A stretch of DNA of 58,643 nt, counting the filler, from Sphacelaria rigidula (Eukaryota): assembly GCA_964200075.2 (NCBI GenBank). It is 8 parts of 8 records of this genome, joined end to end, with 100 filler letters (N's around TTAATTAATTAA, not from the genome) between each part and the next. Parts side by side here need not be neighbours in the genome. Positions count along the whole stretch, not along the records: positions 44,059 to 51,301 come from CAXNAA020015797.1; positions 51,402 to 58,643 come from CAXNAA020015798.1; 6 more parts are not named here. One strand, 5' to 3'. The notes beneath the pieces were generated by a model. The model worked only from the letters and a program-made list of their open reading frames with translations, did not search any database and was not told the origin of the DNA. Each line of letters starts with the position of its first letter. The stretch's first letter is position 1. A program made the translations under genes and the position numbers. This document shows, in pieces, positions 50,090 to 58,643 of this stretch.

Positions 50090-50239
50090 CCGTCATCTAC
50101 CCCCGAGTTTGGCGGAGAAGAGGAGGGCGGGGATGATCCGTCTTGAATCCCCGCTGCCGATCCTGCAAGTGCTGTGTTTGATGACCCGCGAAGTCGATCA
50201 TCATCATCGATCCCGCTGCTCCCATGGCCATCGTTCGCC
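50090..50239 (-). CDS. GALK: Probable upstream galactokinase exon (low-complexity N-terminal extension); acceptor uncertain
   Basis: ..GSSGIDDDDRLRGSSNTALAGSAAGIQDGSSPPSSSPPNSGVDD GG|GTAATT; phase 2 matches the 49471 acceptor. Another GTAAGT donor lies near 50403. Confidence 0.55.
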
Positions 50240-51201
50240 TTCGTTCCGCCGGCACCGCAAGACAGGAGGGGGCCAGCGGTACAAAGAAACCACGACACCA
50301 AGCAAAGAAAAGCATGATTGGACACGTCCGACAGATTGAATTCCACATCATGATGAGTGTGTGTCTTTTTTTTTGCATCTCGACAAACGTCGCCAATACT
50401 TACGCAGCGGTCCTGGTGCATACGAGAGCAGCCATGAGGCCTTCTCCTCCACGTGCCGAGTAATTGTCGCGATACAGTATATAACAAGCACACACCGTTC
50501 TAGAACATTGTTTCAGAGCACCATACTGAGGACGGTGCAGTTCAATAAACGTCTTGTTCTGTTTCGCCTTAGACGTGTGTATGATTGTTCAAAGACATGA
50601 CGAGTGGGGGGAAATACAGCAGAGGCAGGCGGGAGAGGTGAAATGATACAGCACTGATTGATTGATTGTCGCACATGGGCAGCAATCGTTCAAGAGATCG
50701 ATACTACCTGCCCCCTCCCCCCCGCCCTCCGGCGCGCGCGAATGTAACGAAAAAGAGACCAAAAATGGCGATAAATCATCACGATGATGATGATCATATA
50801 CCACTATCGTCTTGGTTAAAAAAAAAAAAATGACGGAAAGGAGGATAAGATGGGAGCTAACTCACATGTCAACTCATCGGACCGCACCACAGACCGACGA
50901 AAGGGGCAAAGGCACATCATCCCGTCATGCGGCAACCAAGAGATCTTCCGCACCTACGCCCATGCACTTCCTATGTCGCAACAATACACGAATATAGAAT
51001 AGTCAACATTCCCAGTATCCCGCTTCCCCCCCCACCAACGACGCGCTGCGGATGGTGTAGAGTATGACCTAACAACACTTATGTACGTCGTACAAAAATG
51101 AGTATGTTTCCATCTCAAGCCCCCCCCCTCCCCCTTCCTATCCCGTCGCGTCGGGGTACCTCACTGCGCCAAGCCTTCCTGTGTTGCCCCTCTTTCAATC
51201 C

Positions 51202-51236
<35 letters not shown>

Positions 51237-51301
51237 CCCCCCCCCCCCCCCTCCCCCCCGGGGGGCCACGACCGTTGCTTCCCCCCCCCCCCCCCCCCCC
51301 G

Positions 51302-51401
51302 NNNNNNNNNNNNNNNNNNNNNNNNNNNNNNNNNNNNNNNNNNNNTTAATTAATTAANNNNNNNNNNNNNNNNNNNNNNNNNNNNNNNNNNNNNNNNNNN
51401 N
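51302..51401. other. Artificial contig linker
   Basis: N44-TTAATTAATTAA-N44. Confidence 0.99.
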
Positions 51402-51628
51402 CACCTCCATGTTTCGCACACCCTCCCCCCCTTCCTCCCCCCCCCCCCCCCCCCTCCCCGTCCGCCCGTCCATTCTATCTGAACGAATCGTGTGGTGCGG
51501 TATTTATGGCGCGGGATATTCGCTTGACTGTACTCAGGGCGCTTCATCGATAAGATCGAAGTGAGCACGCACGGAGGGATGCCACGTGCTAAGGTGGGTA
51601 TCGTTGGTCTTAATTTCGGATACTCCCC

Positions 51629-52294
51629 TTAACCCCTTGAAAATCAGGGCGGGTCATCAGCTGATCCGGCATAATCTTCATTCGAAGCATGAAAAATACC
51701 AGGATGACCCACCCTAGCAGCCAACGCGCCAAGTACGTGTCAGCGGACGACGGTTCTCCTGTACCCTGCGTAACCGGTAAAGCGTTGTATAGTCGGTTGA
51801 TACAACAGAGTCAGCATGCTTATCGGGAGCACTCTGTAAACTGCTCAACACCCGGCTTGCGGGCAAGTCCTTGCCCTACCTAGCAAGCAGATGTGACGGG
51901 CGTCGTATTGGTGTACCTGAGGTCGTGTGAGCATGACGAGAGTCTCCGGCGGGAGGAACTGACGACGCCGCTGCTTGGGTAGCATACGTGGTCGTACCCT
52001 AGGGCACATACTGAAGGGTTATTGGCCTATTCAGCGGTAGCGTTCGTGCCGAGTGGGTCGTTGAAATGATCCCGTTGTTCCACCTCGTGTTTTGTGTCGT
52101 GTGGACGATGGCATTCGGGACTTGAGACGGATGATGGTCAGTACTGGGCGCGCTCGCCAACTTGTGCACAGCACGTGTTGGCTTTGTCGCTGCACAGATT
52201 GCCTAGGGTAGACCTTGGGCACCTCGGTCCGCTTGGTGTTCATTTCCGCGGGGTGATGGTCAAGGTTGAATGACGACAGTTTTTGATTGCGCAA
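51629..52294 (-). mobile_element. Possible piggyBac-like 3' end remnant
   Basis: TTAA-CCCC at 51629; broken minus-strand Cys/His-rich peptide (HHP..PR/NLCSDKANTCCAQ..CHRPH) reading toward it. Confidence 0.25.
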
Positions 52295-52791
52295 TGGCGA
52301 TATCTCAAACTCGAGGCTCCCGATATACTTTACTGTAAATCACCTTTGAAATATACCGCGAGTCTTCATTTTGAGATACCTCTAATCCAAGGACTAGTTG
52401 ATGATGAACTGACTTGAACCTCATCCTTTTTTATGTGCATCCTGTAGATGAAGTTGTTTTTCGTACCGATTGCTGTTTTATCGATTGCTGCTTCAAAGGA
52501 CGAATACAATATCCAGCGTTTGCCCTCTCCATGAGTCTAGCCAATCACGTCACGGTTATTATACAAACTTGAACGCAAGACGTGAAAAGAGAAGGGTTAC
52601 ATCACTGTCGGTATTTTCCGCCACCACAACGAATTTTCCGTGTGGTCAGACACCAAGGGAGGGCGAGGGGAGGGGGTCAGGTACCACATCATCACGTTGC
52701 TGTGCGGTATCTCTTCTTTCGCCGTCTGTTTCGCATATTGAAGGGAAAAAAACGTTGTTTCTCGTATGAAATTTATGACGTGTACCTCCAG

Positions 52792-52973
52792 TCGGGGAAC
52801 TTCGCAGCGTTGAAGCGGTGCTCCTCCAACGACAAGGACTTCCATTCTTCGAGGGGTGGGCCTATGAGCGCCGCGTCAGTGCAGGAGCTGGAGGGTATTA
52901 GTGTAGTCGACGATGAAGGGAGGCTGTACAACGAAACGTATCGATCGGAGCACTCACGCGACGACGGAGAAAG
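52792..52973 (+). CDS. Exon of an unidentified low-complexity protein
   Basis: CCAG|SGNFAALKRCSSNDKDF...RDDGE AG|GTATGT; phase 2 matches the exon at 54383. Confidence 0.65.
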
Positions 52974-54382
52974 GTATGTTGAAAAATCGCCTTGCCTTCC
53001 AGATGATGACCGCGTTGATTAAACCTAGACAGGCACAACTCTGGGAATGTGTCAGGAAAAAGACTCCAGTAGAGTTCATCCGAAATCGTCCCCGTACTGT
53101 CATTTTTGGAAATACCTCATTTTAGTATAGGATCATCAGATGCAGATCTTTCAGGAGTGGACAGTCCGGAGTGCTCCCATCGTGTGCAGCACGCGTCTTT
53201 TGCTCAAGTCGGCGTCGCCGCAGGCGCCGATGTGAACTCCGTTGGCGTACACCTTTGCCTAGGACACGATATGCTTGTGTCAGTACACGCGGGTTCTCGG
53301 TTTGCCTCGAGTGTGGGTCAGGGTTAGTGTCAGAGTTGCATCCAGAATGCTTAAGTCGAGGTGATTTGATTTGACGACGGAACTCGCGTAAGCCCACGTC
53401 CAAAAGAATGCTGCTCTGGTGATCAGAAGAACGCGTGCATGATTCAGGGCTTGAGAACCGCGACATGCGCGGTGTGTAAATCATGTTAGGATGGTGCTCG
53501 CTAGTGGACAGAAGCTGTCTCAGGTATGCTGTAGGTTGCGTCTGGCGGTTACCGGCGCGTTGGAGGAGAGTTCGGCCTGAGATAATTTTCCGAAAGAGGT
53601 CTTGGCTCTCTGTGAAAAACTCATGACGGGAGAAGTCGCGATGATGAGAGGACGTCCATCATACGTTTGTGTGTTTGTGTGTGTGTTTTGTCCTCACATT
53701 GCGTTTTCGGGTTGTGGTGTATCGATTAAAATTTAAAACATTTGTAACCTGTAGGACTTGTCGATTGACAACCTCTGCTCATGTACAGTACATTCACGAA
53801 CTTTTACCCCGTATAGACAGATATATCGGTGGTTTTCGCCACCGCTGTGCCGGTGGCAGCACATCACCTCAGCATCCCATGCATTAAAACCGTCATGCGG
53901 CAGTCATTCGCTCCCCATCCCACCCCACTGCACCCTCTTCCGTTCCTCTCTGGTCGCTTTTGTGGAAACTATGTCGTTCCCTCGAGGACGCGCGGTGGGT
54001 GGTGTGTAACAACTACAAGGCATACGCTGAACATGAGTTGGTACGCCTGCCCGGTACGCCGTAAGCTCCCTGTCATCCGTAGTGTCTCGTGTACAGAATG
54101 CAACTGCTGTACGCGCTTCTACGCGCTTGCCGTGCTTTTTTTGCTTCACTAATCTTTACCCCTCCCTCCGTACTTCCTTAGCTGAGATATATTCATTTCT
54201 ATCAGACATCCATACGTCTGGAATTGTTTGACACATGCCTATGCCCCCGATACAACGTGTAATTGCTCATGCCATGGCTACATACCTGCAGCTGTGTCAT
54301 GTGCTCTACAGAATAAAATCAAAGCTGCCCCGCCCCCCTCTCAATGAAGTAAAAGCTGACCACAACATCGAAATCACAACAG

Positions 54383-55041
54383 GTATGACGCACTCGGAGA
54401 CTCTCCGGGCGCGCAGGGCCCCAGCTCACAAGGTCCACGTTCCCCCAGCGTTTACAGCCAGTTCAGCCAGAGCGTTTTCAGTCAGTCCGCCTATGGCCCG
54501 AGTGCATACGGCCCGAGCCAGCGACGGCCTTCCGGCAATGGCCTGTTGGGTATGCCTGGGTCTCAGATCGGCAGCAGCACGTACGATGTGACCTCGAGCC
54601 ACGCGGGCTCCGGTGCGTCTCATTACGCCGGACCGGTACCCAGCAATCTTGGTGTGGGCGCCAGCTTGCGGTCCGCGGATCAAACGTCCGTGAGCGGGGG
54701 TGGGTCGGTGGTGTTGGGGTACACCGCCAATAATATTAATAATCATCATTATTCTTACGGGAACGCGTTGCTTGGGCGGTCTGTAGGGTCCGGTCCGGTC
54801 GGGTCGGGACCTTTGGGATCTATTGCAGGCGGGTCAGCTGGTCGGAGGGGGTCCGGACCGGTTGCCGCACCCCCGTACAACCCGAATGCTTTACCTGCTG
54901 CTGCTGGGGTCAACGGCAGGTTATCGGCCGGAGGGACCGGACCTACGCGAATTTCTGCCGGTGGATATCGGGTTAGCACGGGGGGGGGGGGAACGCGGCC
55001 GGGGCAATTGGGGCAAATTTTCCGGGCGCAAATCGGGGCAG
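54383..55041 (+). CDS. Next exon of the same gene, Gly/Ser/Pro-rich
   Basis: ACAG|G YDALGDSPGAQGPSSQGPRSPSVYSQFSQS..., open for ~219 codons to the CAG|GTGCGT donor; GC-rich relative to flanks. The G run near 54980 could hide an indel. Confidence 0.65.
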
Positions 55042-58000
55042 GTGCGTGAGAGTGAATCGGGGTGGGTATCTGGGAGCGTAGATATGCGGTCTTACTTGAA
55101 TCCTTCTTTTACGAAGTCATGAGTTCTGTAGTTTGCTGCCAGAGTCTTGTTGACCACGGCTACACTCCGGCTCGGCTCCTCTCATCTTTTGGCTATCGCG
55201 GTCGCTGGCACGCGGCGTCGAGTCGAGAATATTATTTTCATGTGTAAGTGAATTGGCGGGATTTGTGCTTGTGTTTTGTTGTCTCAATAACACGGCTTTG
55301 ATTGTTTATGTTCCATATTTGCTTGCATGTATGGATGTCACAGGTGAATCGAGTTTTATGATGACTTACAGTAGACGAGACCCAGTGGCTGAAATGCGAT
55401 GCTGCATCATTGGTTTTCTTGTCGGCTCTGTTTCATTCGATGGCGCACCAGCTCATGTACGTTCTGATATCCCGATCTAATCCGTGCACGAGTAGCCTCC
55501 GTGAGGGAGAACCGTGTCCTCTAGCTTTACCGTATTGTGCTGTATTTTACGATTTTTTTCACCATGACATGAAAACACGTGCCACGTTCGACATCTCAGT
55601 CAAGTGTGCTCGTTCACATGTCGGTGTTTTTTTTTTTGCTTTTTGTTTTATGGCGCCGCATGGTATAATCTTTGTAGTGTTCCCGCCACCTGGCGTGTAA
55701 ACGGTAAACATTATCATCCCCCCGGAATCGAGGAAGGAATGCCACCCGCTCTGGTCGCCCGCAAAGGACCCACGACTGCCTCATACAGTAGAAGTTCAAC
55801 CTCCGAAGCGCCTCGCAATATTGATCAGAATGTCTGAGCAAATGAACAGCCGCCCAAAGTACCAAACCTGAAGAGACATGTCGCAGAAGAGGAAGTCCGC
55901 AGAGAGGGAGAGCCTTCCTGTACACGACTGCGCTGTACTGCAGCTTGCTGTGATGCCAATTGTTTGTGAGAGTCCATCGTCAACGTCTTGTGTATGGACC
56001 CAGACTTACCCGATTCGACAACGAAGCTACAGACTCCGTATGGTGGAAGTATTTTCATTCATGAGGGGAGCAAATTCGGTACCGCACACGGCCTAGCTAT
56101 ATACTGTTTTTTCGCCGTGAGTAAAACTCCACAGTATCTACGGACAAAACGCGCTGGGAGAGGTTATGGTCAACGGTTGACACAGTTGCCGATGACGGTC
56201 ATTCACATTCGCTCGCGGCTTGTATTTTTGGATCAGAAACTCGCGGGAAACGTATTAATAGTGGATGCGAGTTAGGTTTTGTTGGGTGAAGAACAGTAAC
56301 GACAGAATGGTGGATTGGTTGACGTGAGGATATGTGAGAAACATTGGTTCAATCCTCTTGTGAATTTGGAATAAAGTTATCAATTTTTCCTCGGCAAGCA
56401 TATGCAAGGAAACGGTGCGAAATGCTACTAATCCCGAACTAAAGAGAGACGGTATAAAAACGAAGTGCCGCCTGCGCTGCTTGATGATATTGCCGAATAA
56501 AAGCTGTACCGTACTATGGTTATTCTACGTCCTTGTGCAGCTGCCTCTCTTTCTGCTGTTCGTATATAGTGTCAACCATTCCCACCCGACTATGCTGAAT
56601 CCGATTCCTGCTTTGCCATCATCCGGCAGCTGGATCCGTTGCCTTGTGTAACGATTCGTTCCGATACACAAACCGCAGATCCCGCTACGCTCCGATCCTT
56701 CACTGGCGCACGGTGACGACTATACTATATCTACCAGATCGGGAAGCGGGAGTATACGATTCGGCAACTCGTTGTTGCTGCGAAGGGCGTGCTGTAGTTA
56801 CTTTTACTGTATTGTCAGTCTCTTCCGATGAGTCCCATCCATCCATGCACGCCGATCAATGCGACCGTCTCCTCAGTGACTGCTGTTTCTTTCAAGTGTA
56901 GGAACGCTTCTGCAGTCAAGACCACAGAACCCCCCGCCCCTTGGAATGAAAGGGTAATGATGGCCCGTCAGCTCCTGTTTTCGGAGTCAGGGATTCTCGA
57001 TTTTGTATACCGTACCGTACAGAGCTATTCCGCATGACATTGATCTTGATTCATATATTGTCACACATTGAGTGATGATCCCCGTGGTATCCAGCTGTTG
57101 TTACAGGATAGACCAACCCAAGGACAATCAAACGGTATCAAGTACAAAGGGGAGGAGGGGGGGGGGGGGGGGGGGGGGCTCCTCTGGTTTTGGCTTGTTT
57201 TTTTTCTTTGGGCAAGGCAACCCCTCCCTTTTGTGCNNNNNNNNNGGAGGGGGGGGGGGGCGGGGGGGGGGGGGGGGGGGCGTACTCATGTGTTGCTTGC
57301 CTTTGTCATTTGACCATTGACGACGCATCCCTTTCGATACGGAGCACCGCGCAAAGGGCGCGGGGGCGGAGACTTGATGAAGTTCAGTTTGGTGTTTGAG
57401 AACAGTGAATTGAGCTACGTGTGCCATCGATCTCATACAAGCCAGTAACCACTCTGGGTGATGGAAGAGTACGTCATGAAAAAAATCTTGCGCCCAAGTG
57501 TGGTCGGTCTTGAAAAGTACCGAGATGGATTCAGAGCCCGTGTTCAATCTGTGAGGTTTGAGAGGGTTCCGTTCCTTCAAAAACTGGCAACTTTTCCTCT
57601 CACATAAAATCTGAAAAAGAAAAGCTGAGATGAAACAGTACGCTCGCAGAATTATTTCACAATCACACATGAAGAGGGAAACACTCTGCACGAGCCCTCG
57701 TACCGAGTGCTAGTTGCAACCCACCACGTGACAAGCGGCGGTAAAACTCGGGCAGGGAGGGGTCGAGACATGTCAACGCTCCCGAACTTTGAAAAACCTG
57801 CTTCGTCAGTTCCAAGACTGCAATAGGGTGATTTTTATGCATGTATGTACGTGGATGGTACATGGCGAACCGAATTTTCACCTCAAGGCGGATGTGAGCT
57901 GACAGATGAGAAATTGTTCCAAGAATGTCCGCCCAGATGACGCTGATTCCTTGCGTCGAATGTGTTCCAAATGACATGCTGTTTTTTTTTTTTTTTACCC

Positions 58001-58643
58001 GCTCTTGTGCCTATTTCATTGAAGGGTGCGATACGGGGGGGGGTGCTTGTTGCGTCTTGTTTTCTCACGCTTGCTGATTCATGGTGCAAAGAAAAACGCA
58101 GTATGATGGAAGACAGAAGCTTGACTTGTCATGTCCCGAGTCTCGTGTTTCTCCAATGCGTTTTAACATAAGGGGCACGCGCTCGAGTGTGAGCATTTCC
58201 CCCTTTTTGTATTGAATCATCTGACAGCCGAGAATAGGGAAGCCATCCTTGAGATTCAAGTTCGCAGTTTGTAGGTGTGAAGAATGCAAAGTTTTTTGTG
58301 ATTTGTGTTGTTTTATTTTGTTCCCGTCGGCGATGCTTCCGCGCAATAATACATTTTCCGCTGGATATCATCAGAGAGGGTTGACCATTCGCGTGGAGCG
58401 CATCAAACAAGCAATGGTGCGCCGCGTGCATTATCACAATCATGTCCCGTTGACTCAGCGGACGGGACCTGCGCTCATGCATGGGAAGCGCTCCTCTCTC
58501 TCGCTTTCGATTTCTCTCTCATCGCGGAACATACATGGAAAGCCTCCCGAACTCGTAGTTACGCATTCTAGTCTCCTATCGGCGTGGCTTCTTTGGTACC
58601 CCCCTTGTCGCCGGCCTGGTCCGGCGAGAACCCGGCGTGCTCC

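Noticed and set aside
14687-51301. SLC35F transporter plus galactokinase as a sugar-utilisation gene cluster
   Set aside because: The two genes are on different contigs joined artificially.

Overview
This is eukaryotic, intron-rich, repeat-rich DNA. A brown alga (Phaeophyceae) is my inference from the gene structure and transposon types; the taxon is not proven. The window is not one locus. It holds eight separate ~7.24-kb contigs (1-7243, 7344-14586, 14687-21929, 22030-29272, 29373-36615, 36716-43958, 44059-51301, 51402-58643) joined by artificial N44-TTAATTAATTAA-N44 linkers. Host genes: the 3' part of an SLC35F-family transporter (4 exons, +), the 5' part of a galactokinase (4 exons, -), and exons of unidentified low-complexity proteins. 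Mobile DNA: two degenerate Ty3/gypsy elements, an RTE-type LINE fragment cut by a hAT-like end, a copia gag/protease remnant, and several MITE/TIR families. Three things stand out. (1) Contig 1 is a circularly permuted single-LTR gypsy whose ends rejoin in frame and are flanked by outward-facing TIRs and a 6-bp direct repeat. (2) The second gypsy integrase has a chromodomain followed by a PWWP/Tudor-like module. (3) A galactokinase intron contains an alternating-orientation palindromic array. No CRISPR array, rRNA or clear tRNA gene was found.
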